Shown: positions 11,292-20,466, counted from the whole stretch's first letter. The stretch: 63,366 bases of DNA, filler included, from Reclinomonas americana ATCC 50394 (GCA_048213135.1; 23 parts of 23 records of this genome joined end to end with filler, not necessarily neighbours in it); one strand, 5' to 3'. Notes: generated from the letters alone by a model not told the origin. A program made the numbers and translations.

Positions 11292-11320
11292 ATCGTCCGC
11301 GCAGGGCGGTTAGCGTCATG
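11292..11320 (+). repeat. Putative recombination site A (degenerate)
   Basis: ATC GTCCGC GCA GGGCGG TTA GCG-TC ATG, with a 1-nt deletion in the right arm. Confidence 0.6.
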
Positions 11321-11339
11321 CTGAATAGCGAGGATCGTT

Positions 11340-11666
11340 GTGCGCAGACGATACTATCGGTGCGATTGGAAAAGTCTCGACGAGTCAAATCCGACTGCGA
11401 TCTTCTACGAGGTGGATCAGCACAATCTGGTTACTCGAACCATTAACGTCTTCGCAGACGACGAGGCTGTGGGGCAATTGACTAGCGATTTCCCAACCGG
11501 GACACGGATGGGCCGGAGCCTGGTGGACGGAACGTTCTCGCGAGCTATCGGAGGTATGACGCTCGGCGAGATCAATTGGACCAGTGATGGCGAGATCACC
11601 CTGCACGAAATCGATGAGCGCGAGTTTGAAACGGCCTGGAAGCTGACCCTTTTACCGTCTGACTAG
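11340..11666 (+). CDS. Small hypothetical protein, DUF6881-like (cassette gene)
   Basis: YYRCDW..NPTAIFYEVD..RTINVFAD..EIDEREFETAW pattern; AGGA RBS upstream. Confidence 0.65.
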   Translation: MRRRYYRCDWKSLDESNPTAIFYEVDQHNLVTRTINVFADDEAVGQLTSDFPTGTRMGRSLVDGTFSRAIGGMTLGEINWTSDGEITLHEIDEREFETAWKLTLLPSD

Positions 11667-11683
11667 GGCGGAAGAGAGGCGTA
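11654..11683 (+). repeat. Putative recombination site A2 overlapping the stop codon of the preceding gene
   Basis: ACC GTCTGA CTA GGGCGG AAG AGAGGC GTA; the TAG stop at 11664-11666 lies inside the site; right arm degenerate. Confidence 0.5.
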
Positions 11684-11890
11684 GGCGCGGGTAGCGTGGG
11701 CGGATGAAGCAGCGGACTTGTATCGCCTTGAGCATCGGCTTAGTCGCGTTGACCGCCTTCCTTATATGGCGCGCTCCCGCGATTTATCGGCTCTATCAGG
11801 ATCGGCATCTGATCGCTGCTTGCGCCCGCGACAACAGCAATTGCCCTTGAGTATCATGGCTTCGTCGGCACCCAGAAAGCTGACTTGCTG

Positions 11891-11920
11891 GATGTCAGTG
11901 AAGGGTGGTTTGCGGGCTTG
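11891..11920 (+). repeat. Putative recombination site B
   Basis: GAT GTCAGT GAA GGGTGG TTT GCGGGC TTG. Confidence 0.65.
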
Positions 11921-12121
11921 GCTTGGCTAGCTTGGATCAGTCGAGCGATGGAGGTGGCTATTAGTCCAGAAAAGCCCTTCCCCAATAGCGAGGAGCGAAA
12001 TCCCTAGGGCGACTCGCTCCCAGCTGAAGGATACGGCGTGCCGTCCCCAGAACATCGGAAGCCGTCGTCGGCTCGGCGCCATGACGGCGACATTGGCAGG
12101 GCAACTCTCAGCACCGGCGCC

Positions 12122-12151
12122 AATGACCGCTCACGACCCTAATCGGACTCT
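12122..12151 (-). repeat. Putative recombination site C
   Basis: Reverse strand AGA GTCCGA TTA GGGTCG TGA GCGGTC ATT, 3 bp after the stop of 12155..12604. Confidence 0.72.
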
Positions 12152-12154
12152 TGA

Positions 12155-12604
12155 TCAGTCCGCTCCGAATTGCGGGCGCGTGTAAGTCACCTTTGGCAAC
12201 TCGTTCGAAATGATCTCCAGGCACTGGTTCTGACCGCCCAGCAGGAAGTGCCGCAGCGGACCGGTAACGAGCCCTGACACCCCTCGACTGAGTTCGTCGA
12301 GATAGATGCTCTTCGATATCTCGTAACCGAAGGCAGGGGGAATGCCCTCCTCGTCTCGGCGAGCCCAATAAGCAATCAGTTCTCGCTCATCGTGAACCCG
12401 GTAGCTGATCGGATCGTCAACGACGACCCAAGCGGAACCGATCTCGCCGTCATACTCCGCGATCAATTTCCATCCGGTCTTCAGGCCGTAAGCGAACTGG
12501 AAAAGGTCCCCCTGGTCCTTGGGGCCTCCACGCCAACCGATTTGCTGATCAATCGAGGCGAAGCCAAGTGGGGGGAGTATAAGATCGACTTGTTCTACAC
12601 TCAC
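12155..12604 (-). CDS. Hypothetical protein (cassette gene)
   Basis: 149-aa ORF, GTG start with GAGGA RBS, lying between sites C and D. Confidence 0.7.
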   Translation of the reverse strand: MSVEQVDLILPPLGFASIDQQIGWRGGPKDQGDLFQFAYGLKTGWKLIAEYDGEIGSAWVVVDDPISYRVHDERELIAYWARRDEEGIPPAFGYEISKSIYLDELSRGVSGLVTGPLRHFLLGGQNQCLEIISNELPKVTYTRPQFGAD

Positions 12605-12652
12605 TGCGTCCTCACTTTCGGGCGAGATTTTCGCAGTCTACCGGGACCAGTC

Positions 12653-12682
12653 AACGTCGCCTAACCACCCATGGCGGACAGT
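12653..12682 (-). repeat. Putative recombination site D
   Basis: Reverse strand ACT GTCCGC CAT GGGTGG TTA GGCGAC GTT. Confidence 0.75.
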
Positions 12683-12732
12683 CGGAAAGTCTGCTCTACG
12701 ATCTCACGCGTAGGTAACGCCACTGCCAATCC

Positions 12733-13452
12733 ATGCTCGCCCATCCACCACTTCGTGCAGCTCTTGACGCGCTTTATGCCGCGCTCGCCGGTTACCCTAT
12801 GCCCACCAGATGGGAAGCAGCGCCGGGCCGACCGACCGACCTTCTCCGGCGCCTGGCCGGCGCGCCGTTGCGAGAGCTGACGTGCGAAGTTCTTGGTCCA
12901 TACTCTGGCTGGGCGATGACCACCGTAGGGGAGCCGCGACACTACAAGCACTTCCTCCCCCGGATCGCTGAGCTAGCTGTCCAGGGCGATTGCGCGCACC
13001 AAGGGACAATCCCGCCGGTTCTAGCCGGCAAGATCATCTACGCAGGTTTCGACCGTTGGCCCGCCTCAGAGCAGCGGGCGGTCCGGGCGCTCTTTCGTGT
13101 CGCCTTCGAGCAAGCCGTCACCGAACGCCCGGGGTTTGCCGACGCGGAGCAATGGCTCTGCGCCGACCTGCGCCTTGGAGCCGACATATCTGAGGCGCTC
13201 CAGATCTGGGCCGCCGCTCCGCAGCCCAATGCAACCCTGCAGTTGGCCCAGAGCGTACAAGCGGCCAACCTCCGGAGCCTGGAAAACGAAGTGCCGCCCT
13301 TTTGGGAAGAGCTTCCAGCGCTGCACCGTCCCATCTTCGACGCTTGGCTACGGCGTCCAGCCACTCGCGCCAACTTAGAAGCTGCGATATGCGGCGCGGG
13401 CGATGATGAGTGGCTCATCCAAGGCGCGCTCAAAGCCGCGCCGCTTCAGTAG
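12733..13452 (+). CDS. Hypothetical protein (cassette gene)
   Basis: 239 aa with PLRELT..GPYSGWAMTTVG..YKHFLPRI motif; lies between sites D and E. Confidence 0.72.
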   Translation: MLAHPPLRAALDALYAALAGYPMPTRWEAAPGRPTDLLRRLAGAPLRELTCEVLGPYSGWAMTTVGEPRHYKHFLPRIAELAVQGDCAHQGTIPPVLAGKIIYAGFDRWPASEQRAVRALFRVAFEQAVTERPGFADAEQWLCADLRLGADISEALQIWAAAPQPNATLQLAQSVQAANLRSLENEVPPFWEELPALHRPIFDAWLRRPATRANLEAAICGAGDDEWLIQGALKAAPLQ

Positions 13453-13453
13453 C

Positions 13454-13483
13454 TACGTCCGCCATCCACCCTAGTCGGCCATG
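13454..13483 (-). repeat. Putative recombination site E, recombinase-proximal
   Basis: Reverse strand CAT GGCCGA CTA GGGTGG ATG GCGGAC GTA, 1 bp after the TAG of 12733..13452. Confidence 0.75.
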
Positions 13484-13584
13484 ACCGAGGGCAGCTCCCG
13501 CGGCGGCGCTGCGTAAGCGCAGCCGCAGAGGCCTGAACGTGGTAGGATGAGCCGAGGGGAATAGCCAATTCGCAGGAGGCGGAC

Positions 13585-14211
13585 ATGGCTCAATTTGACC
13601 TTTTCCTTCCACCCAAACGCGCTTGGAACACTGGCCGCATCATCGGTCCTAAGCCGCCGTTCAAGCCCAGACACATCTGGGGAATCCGACAGCAGCTCAA
13701 AGCGAACGGGCGAGTCCGCGACCTCGCCATGTTCAATTGCGCTATAGACGCCAAGCTCAGAGGCTGCGACTTGGTGAAGCTGCGTGTCAGCGACGTAGCG
13801 CCGGGTGGCGCACTGCGCGCACGCGCGACGATCATTCAGCAGAAGACAGGGCAGCCCGTACCGTTCGAGATCACGGAACCCACAAGAGACGCTTTGGCAG
13901 TTTGGCTGAAGGTGCGTGGGCGACGTAGCGACGACTGGCTATTTCCCAGCCGCAGTCGACCAGGCGATCACGTCAGCACGCGGCAGTATGCTCGCCTGGT
14001 CGACAAGTGGGTGTCGATGATTGAACTCGAGCCTCGGGCTTACGGCACGCATAGCCTGCGCCGAACGAAGGTGGCGCTGATCTACAAGAAGACGGGCAAC
14101 TTGCGCGCATGCCAATTGCTACTCGGACACCGGAAACTAGAGAGCACGGTCCGATACCTTGGCATTGAGGTCGATGACGCGCTGGAGATGTCTGAGCAGA
14201 TCGACCTCTAG
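13585..14211 (+). CDS. Tyrosine recombinase/integrase, catalytic domain only (208 aa)
   Basis: Catalytic R (KLRGCDL), K (QQKTG), HxxR (HSLRR), H (LLGH), Y (TVRYLG); AGGAGG RBS; no room for an N-terminal core-binding domain. Confidence 0.93.
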   Translation: MAQFDLFLPPKRAWNTGRIIGPKPPFKPRHIWGIRQQLKANGRVRDLAMFNCAIDAKLRGCDLVKLRVSDVAPGGALRARATIIQQKTGQPVPFEITEPTRDALAVWLKVRGRRSDDWLFPSRSRPGDHVSTRQYARLVDKWVSMIELEPRAYGTHSLRRTKVALIYKKTGNLRACQLLLGHRKLESTVRYLGIEVDDALEMSEQIDL

Positions 14212-14561
14212 CTCATCGGCCCAACTGCATTGGGGCGGTCCCGGTGCAAGACGCGCCTCCACTGAACGTCGAGTTCCTGGAGTAGCGCCAAGGTCAGCGT
14301 TTGGCGCNNNNNNNNNNNNNNNNNNNNNNNNNNNNNNNNNNNNNNNNNNNNTTAATTAATTAANNNNNNNNNNNNNNNNNNNNNNNNNNNNNNNNNNNNN
14401 NNNNNNNGCGATCGGCGAGGACGGAGAGTGCGGTCGCCATCGGACCGGCGAGGCCCAAATCGGAAGCGACTTCACCTCGAAGGGTCGCCATCCACCGAAG
14501 AAGGACGAGCCGCTGTCGGGGGGCATGTGCGATCGCCCAGTCTCGGCGGTGCGACTTTCCG

Positions 14562-16373
14562 ATGAGAGAGCATCGCGTCACCGGACGCCTCACCGCGACG
14601 ACGATCGCGCCGACGGTCAGGGAGGCCGACGAGGCCGCACTGCGGCGCGAGCAGATCGATGAGGTCTTCCGAATGGTGATCCCGGGTGTGGCCGGTGCCG
14701 GCCTCGCCGCGCTGATCCTCGCGGTGTTCCTGGTCGCGCTCGGCGCATCCGATCCCCGCACCGCCTCCATCTGGGCCGCCTGTGTCCTGACATGCGCCGT
14801 CGCGCATACGCTCCTCGCCCTTGGCTACCGGCGCGCCGATTGCGTTGTCAGGGCCGCATCGACATGGCCACTCGCCTTCACCGTCGTTGCGGGGCTGGAA
14901 GGAATCGCCTGGGGCTTCGCCCCCGTGGGCCTGACGCCTGACGCTCCCTTCGACATACGCTTCCTTCCTCTCGCCGTCACGCTCGGGGTGACGGCCGGCG
15001 CGATTCCCGCCTTCGGCCCGTGGCTGCCTGCCTTCCTCGCATTGTTCCTGCCCGCGACCTTGCCCTATGTGGCCGCGAATTTTTTTCGCCCGGCGCTCGT
15101 CGAGCGGGCGAGCGCGTTCCTGATGCTGATCTATGTCGTGGTCATGGGCGGCCTCGGCGTCCGCAGCCACCGCGCCTTCATCGAGATCGTCGGCTTGCGG
15201 CTGCGGAGCGAGGCGCTGGCGGAGGACCTGCGGCGGGAACGGGATACAGCCGATGCAGCAAATCGTGCCAAATCGAGCTTTCTGGCTGCGGCAAGCCATG
15301 ACCTGCGCCAACCGGTGCATGCGCTCGGTCTGTTCGCGGGAGCGCTGCTTCGCCTGGACCTGCCCGGCGAGGCTCGTCTCCTCGTCGAGCGGATCGAGGC
15401 GTCCGCCGCTGCCATGGACGGCCTGTTCAACGCCATCCTCGACATCTCGCGGCTCGATGCCGGCGTGGTCGAGGTCGCGCCGCGAGCCTTCCGGGTCGGC
15501 CCCTACCTCGCCCGCATCTGCCGCGACCTCCGTCCCGAGGCGGAGGCCAAAGGGCTGCGGCTGCGCTGCCGCTCCTGCGACGAGGTGGCCTGGACGGACC
15601 CGTTTCTGCTCGAACGCGTGGTGCGCAACCTCGTCTCCAACGCGGTCCGCTATTCGGACCGGGGCGGCGTGCTCGTCGCGTGCCGTCGACGCGGCGGCCG
15701 CCTCGCGATCCAGGTCTTCGACACGGGTCCCGGCATCGCCGCGGGCGACCACGAGCGCATTTTCCAGGAATACGTTCAGATCGGAAATGTCGAGCGCGAC
15801 CGCACCAAGGGCTTGGGCCTCGGATTGGCGATCGTGCGGCGGACCTGCGCGATCCTCGATATGCCCATCGCGCTGCGCTCCCGCATCGGCCGAGGCTCAT
15901 GCTTCGAGGTTAAGATGGCACTCTCCGACGAGGCTGCCCTGGCGGAGGATTCCGTCGCGGCGGCGCCGGGGGCGCTCGCGGAGAGAAGCCTGATCGTCGT
16001 GATCGACGACGAGGCGTCCATCCGCGAGGCGATGGAGCGCCTGCTCGCGGGCTGGGGCCACGACGTCATCGCAGCGGGTTCCGGTGACGAAGCGGTCGCG
16101 CGGCTCGCATCGCACCCGACGCGGCCGGATCTGATCGTCTCCGATTATCGCCTGCGGGACGGCGAGACGGGAACCGAGGTGATCGAGCGCCTTCGCTCGG
16201 AATTCAACGAGACGATCCCGGCGTTGATCATCACCGGCGACACCGCGCCCGACAGGCTGATCGAGGCCCGGACGAGTGGCCTCGTACTCCTCCACAAACC
16301 TGTGCCGAACGGGAAACTGCGCGCCGCGATGCGCAATCTCATGGTGGGCGCGCGCGCATCCTCGGGCGAATGA
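14562..16373 (+). CDS. Membrane hybrid sensor histidine kinase (HisKA, HATPase, receiver)
   Basis: TM helices, ASHDLRQP H-box, NAVRY, DTGPGI, GLGLGL, C-terminal IDDE..SDY..KP receiver. Confidence 0.93.
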   Translation: MREHRVTGRLTATTIAPTVREADEAALRREQIDEVFRMVIPGVAGAGLAALILAVFLVALGASDPRTASIWAACVLTCAVAHTLLALGYRRADCVVRAASTWPLAFTVVAGLEGIAWGFAPVGLTPDAPFDIRFLPLAVTLGVTAGAIPAFGPWLPAFLALFLPATLPYVAANFFRPALVERASAFLMLIYVVVMGGLGVRSHRAFIEIVGLRLRSEALAEDLRRERDTADAANRAKSSFLAAASHDLRQPVHALGLFAGALLRLDLPGEARLLVERIEASAAAMDGLFNAILDISRLDAGVVEVAPRAFRVGPYLARICRDLRPEAEAKGLRLRCRSCDEVAWTDPFLLERVVRNLVSNAVRYSDRGGVLVACRRRGGRLAIQVFDTGPGIAAGDHERIFQEYVQIGNVERDRTKGLGLGLAIVRRTCAILDMPIALRSRIGRGSCFEVKMALSDEAALAEDSVAAAPGALAERSLIVVIDDEASIREAMERLLAGWGHDVIAAGSGDEAVARLASHPTRPDLIVSDYRLRDGETGTEVIERLRSEFNETIPALIITGDTAPDRLIEARTSGLVLLHKPVPNGKLRAAMRNLMVGARASSGE

Positions 16374-16380
16374 GACCGCC

Positions 16381-17026
16381 TCAGATAAGGCCCGCCGCAC
16401 GCGCCGCCGCAGCCGCCTGGGTGCGGTTGATGGCGCCCAGCACCTTGAAGATGGCGGTGACGTGCGCCTTCACGGTCTTCTCCGAGAGATCGAGTTCGTA
16501 GGCGATGATCTTGTTCGGCTGCCCGGAGCTCAGGCGGCGCAACACCTCGACCTGACGCGCGGTGAGCGCAGAGGCGGTGACGTCCGCCGGGCTCGGCGGC
16601 ACCTTCTGAGGGAGCGCCGTTCCCGTCACCTCGGCGAGGATGAGGGGCGGCACATAGACCTCGCCATCCATCACGAGGCTGATCGCTGCGAGCAGCGTGT
16701 TGTGGCTCGCCGATTTCGGGACATAGCCGAGGGCACCACTGGCTAGGGCGCGGCGAGCGTCTTCCGCCTTCTCCGAAGAGGACAGGACGATCACCGGCAC
16801 TTCCGGTCGCACGCGGCCGAACTCGCCGATCGCGCTGAGCCCGTCCATGCCGGGCAGGACCATGTCGAGAATGACCACGTCGAGATCGTCGTTCGCTTCG
16901 GCCAGACGCAGGGCCTCAGGCACCGTTCCGGCTTCGAGCATCGCCACCTCGGGTCCGGCCCGCCGGAGCAGGGCCGCGATGCCCTCGCGCAAAACGGGAT
17001 CGGTCATCGACGATCAGAAACTTCAT
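16381..17026 (-). CDS. NarL/LuxR family response regulator, with +1 frameshift at ~17001
   Basis: MKFLIVDD from ATG 17026 joins (H)PVLREG if one base is removed; LTARQVEVL..NKIIA..LSEKTVKAH HTH. Confidence 0.9.
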
Positions 17027-17174
17027 CGCCGGAGTATTGCCNNNNNNNNNNNNNNNNNNNNNNNNNNNNNNNNNNNNNNNNNNNNTTAATTAATTAANNN
17101 NNNNNNNNNNNNNNNNNNNNNNNNNNNNNNNNNNNNNNNNNACGGACACTTCAGCGACCGCAGGGGAAGGCACC

Positions 17175-17984
17175 GTGTTGGCTCTCGCGCAGGGCGGGCC
17201 GCATCCATGGCCGACGGTGCCGGCGGCCTGGCGCGTCCGGCTGACCGCGCTGGGGATCGCGGCCGTCGCCATCCTCGTGACCACCCTGATGACCGTCCCG
17301 GATTCCCCCACGGCCGCTCTTCTTCTCGACCGGCAGCGCTACAGCGTCTTTCCCTATCCCTTCACCATCCAAAACCTCATCTACCTCGCTCTCGCCTGGG
17401 CGATGGGTGAACTCTACCGACGCTGGCGCGCCGCACGACGCGAGCGCGCCTTCCTTCAGGCCGGCTTGTTGCCGGAAGACCCCAATTCTCTCCTCGAACT
17501 GCACGAACTCGGGCCGATCCGCCGCCGCGTTGCCGAACTGCACGATGCCGAAAGCGGCTTTCTTCCGGCCCTGATCGACCTGACGATCCTTCAGCTCCAG
17601 GCGAGCCGCTCGGTCGATCAGGCGATCAACGTGCTCACCAGCTCGCTGAACCTAATGAGCGACCAGGTCGACCTGCGCTACCAGATGCTGCGCTACATGG
17701 CGTGGCTCATCCCGACGATCGGCTTCCTCGGCACCGTCATCGGCCTGTCGCTCGCGCTGCACCTCATCGACCCTGCCAATATGGATCTCGGCAAGGTGGT
17801 CGGCGGCCTCTCGGTGTCGTTCTACACCACGCTCGTCGCGCTGATCGCCAGCGCGATGATGGCCTTCGTGCAGCATGCCGTTCAGGAACAGGAGGAGCTC
17901 GCGCTCAATGCCGCCGGGCAATACTGTCTCAAGAACCTGATCAACCGCGTCTATGTGGACCACGAGAGCGTGGTCGCGCGATGA
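17175..17984 (+). CDS. MotA/TolQ/ExbB proton channel family protein
   Basis: WLIPTIGFLGTVIGL and GLSVSFYTTLVAL TM motifs; start uncertain. Confidence 0.85.
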   Translation: MLALAQGGPHPWPTVPAAWRVRLTALGIAAVAILVTTLMTVPDSPTAALLLDRQRYSVFPYPFTIQNLIYLALAWAMGELYRRWRAARRERAFLQAGLLPEDPNSLLELHELGPIRRRVAELHDAESGFLPALIDLTILQLQASRSVDQAINVLTSSLNLMSDQVDLRYQMLRYMAWLIPTIGFLGTVIGLSLALHLIDPANMDLGKVVGGLSVSFYTTLVALIASAMMAFVQHAVQEQEELALNAAGQYCLKNLINRVYVDHESVVAR

Positions 17985-18009
17985 GGACAGGGCCGGCGAG
18001 GCAGCCGCG

Positions 18010-19203
18010 ATGAGGAGGCGAAGGCGGCAAGCCGAAACCAGCGAGGTCGCCTTGATGGCCGTGATGACGAAGGCGATGGGAGCCTTCCTCATCCTCATGG
18101 TCTTCGGGATGAAATATTACATTCCCGACTTCACCTCCGAACAGATCGCCGCAATCGTCCGGGCCTCTCTCGACGGCGTCCGCACGCAGCTCGAGGCTTC
18201 CAGCCGGAAGTTGAAATCCGGTGATTACACCAGGGAGGATCTCGATCGTCTCCAGCAGCAGATCGACGCGGCCGTAGCCAGCCTCGCCCAGAGCCAGCGC
18301 GACGTGTCGCGGCTCCAGACACGGCTCGATCAGGCGAGCTCCCAGCTGCACCGGGTCGAGGACGAGCGAAAGCGCCTCCAGACGGCGCTCGCCGATGCCG
18401 AGGCGCAGACGCGGCGGTTCGAGGCGGAGGCGGCGGCGCTCAGGGCGGAGGTCGAGCGCCTGAGGGCGGAGGACAGCGTGGCGCTGAAGGCACGCATCGC
18501 TCAGCTCGCTCGGGAGAACGCGGCGCTTGCGGCGCGGCGGACGGCGGTCGTTCAGTTGCGTTACAGCTGTTCGGATGCGGTGATCGTCGTCGGTGTCTCG
18601 CATCAGCAGGTGCGGGAGCTCGGCAAGCCCGAACCCGTGATACCCGCGGACGACTCGCCAGGTTACGGGCCCATCCTGCGCGGCCCGGACGAGATAGACC
18701 CGGGCGAGAGCCTGGACTTCAGCCCGCTGCGGGGCACGCGCGAGTTAGCCTCGACCTGGATCGGTCGAACGCTTCGCCCGGGCGATTCCCTGGCGGTCTA
18801 TGCGAAATACCTGAATGCAGTCCCGGCGGGGGGCGGCCAGGGTCCTAGCTTGGCGGAGAGCTCTTGTGCCGTGTCGAGCTTTCTGTCTTCCGGCGGCCCT
18901 GCCGTGGGAGCGCCGCCCATCCGGATCGGCCCGCAGCAGCCCTTCGTCTTTATCGGCCTCGTGCGTCTCGATGGCGAGCAGCTCAAAGCGGTACCGCTCG
19001 ACGAAGCACAGCAGCGCTGGTTCAGGGCGCGGTTGGACGACGCACCCTGCAGGGCGCCGATCTGCGACCCGTCGAGCGCCGCCGCCCGCACGGCGCTGCG
19101 CGGCTATCTCGCCGTTCTCTATGGCAGGCGCCTCGCCGACAAGCCCGCCGGTGCGCCTGGCAACGAAGGCGCCGCAGGGTCACTTTTGACGGATCTGCTC
19201 GAC
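18010..19203 (+). CDS. MotB/ExbD/TolR-like partner: single TM plus coiled coil, 3' partial
   Basis: MRRRRR basic N-terminus, TM ..VMTKAMGAFLILMV..YY, long coiled coil; directly follows the TolQ-like gene. Confidence 0.65.
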
Positions 19204-19303
19204 NNNNNNNNNNNNNNNNNNNNNNNNNNNNNNNNNNNNNNNNNNNNTTAATTAATTAANNNNNNNNNNNNNNNNNNNNNNNNNNNNNNNNNNNNNNNNN
19301 NNN

Positions 19304-19708
19304 GATGCGCTGGCCGCGGGCGATTGGCCCGGCTTGATCGCCGCGTACAAGGCGATCGGCGAGCGGCGTGCGCCGCTCGTCGATGCGAACATGGCCTATG
19401 CCGTGAGCAGCGCCCGGGGACTCGACGGGCCCTATGACCGCCTTCTCGTCATGGCGGACGGGGGCGCAGCCGTCATGCACCCGCGGTCCCGCGGGGTCAT
19501 CGGGTGGCTCTGTGAGACGGGGCGCGCCGGGCTCCCCAAGGATCTGCCGAACGCCGCTCTTTGGATTGCGCTCGCTCTCACGGGCATGAAGCCGGACGAT
19601 GCGCTCTTCGCTGAGCTGAGCAAGCGCTATGCCGGGCTCAAGGACGCGTTGCCACCGGGCCAACGCGCGCTCGTCGAGCAGGTCGCAAAGGATATCGGGG
19701 TTCAGTGA
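19304..19708 (+). CDS. Hypothetical protein, 5' partial
   Basis: Open frame from contig start with high-GC3 codon usage, ending TGA at 19708. Confidence 0.55.
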   Translation, partial: DALAAGDWPGLIAAYKAIGERRAPLVDANMAYAVSSARGLDGPYDRLLVMADGGAAVMHPRSRGVIGWLCETGRAGLPKDLPNAALWIALALTGMKPDDALFAELSKRYAGLKDALPPGQRALVEQVAKDIGVQ

Positions 19709-19831
19709 GCCCTCCCGGCCGCCTGCTTCGGACTGGACCTCCATTTTCCGCTCGGCGCTGTTCTCGCTGCCATCGAACCGCGTTCGCCCGCTCATCGCGG
19801 GCGCTTGTGCCGCCTTGACCTGGAACGTGCT

Positions 19832-20347
19832 TCAGGACGAGCAGAACGCCTCCTTCACGGTGCACCGGCCCTTGTCGTCCTGCTCGCACTCCGCCAGGGC
19901 CGCACGGCGGGCGGCCGCGAGCGAACCGCGCCAATATGTCCACCAACGGCCGTTGCCCGCGGTCACGAGGGCGGCGCAGGCGTTGGAGAACCAGAGCCGT
20001 ACCCGGCAGCCCGGAAGCCCTCCGGCGATGCAGTTTCGCATCGCCGCGGCTTCCGCGCGCCCGCGAGATTCGTAATCATAGGATGTTCCCCATCGCAGGG
20101 AGCCCTTGTCGCTGTCGGAGATCGCGATGGCGCCATAGCCGCCACCGGACCGGCCGGGACCGCTGCCGGGCGCCGCTCCAAAGGGCGAGAGGCCGTCATT
20201 CGATCCGGCACAGGCCCTGTAGCAGTCGTTATACATGCCGTTGCACATCATCGAGCACTGATTGTTCTGGGCCGCGGCCGGGAAGGCCAGCAGCAGCGCC
20301 GCAGCGACGGCCGCGCTCGCAAGACGAAAGCGGGTGATCATGGACAT
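19832..20347 (-). CDS. Secreted DUF4189-domain protein
   Basis: Signal peptide (AAA-Q), YGAIAIS..AEAAAMRNC..C..WFSNACAAL, paired Cys. Confidence 0.75.
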   Translation of the reverse strand: MSMITRFRLASAAVAAALLLAFPAAAQNNQCSMMCNGMYNDCYRACAGSNDGLSPFGAAPGSGPGRSGGGYGAIAISDSDKGSLRWGTSYDYESRGRAEAAAMRNCIAGGLPGCRVRLWFSNACAALVTAGNGRWWTYWRGSLAAARRAALAECEQDDKGRCTVKEAFCSS

Positions 20348-20466
20348 CGCGATACCCCCTGTAAGANNNNNNNNNNNNNNNNNNNNNNNNNNNNNNNNNN
20401 NNNNNNNNNNTTAATTAATTAANNNNNNNNNNNNNNNNNNNNNNNNNNNNNNNNNNNNNNNNNNNN

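Noticed and set aside
11718..11930. 70-aa ORF as a fourth cassette gene
   Set aside because: TTG start without clear RBS, runs through site B, and has no protein-like features.
11292..13483. Classical integron (attC/attI, IntI) or XerCD dif/pdif sites
   Set aside because: No GTTRRRY/RYYYAAC-bounded long hairpins, recombinase too short for IntI, and the arms are GC-rich unlike XerC/XerD boxes.
17175..19203. Zorya ZorAB defence system
   Set aside because: No long ZorA tail, no OmpA-like ZorB domain or TM Asp, and no zorC/D/E visible.
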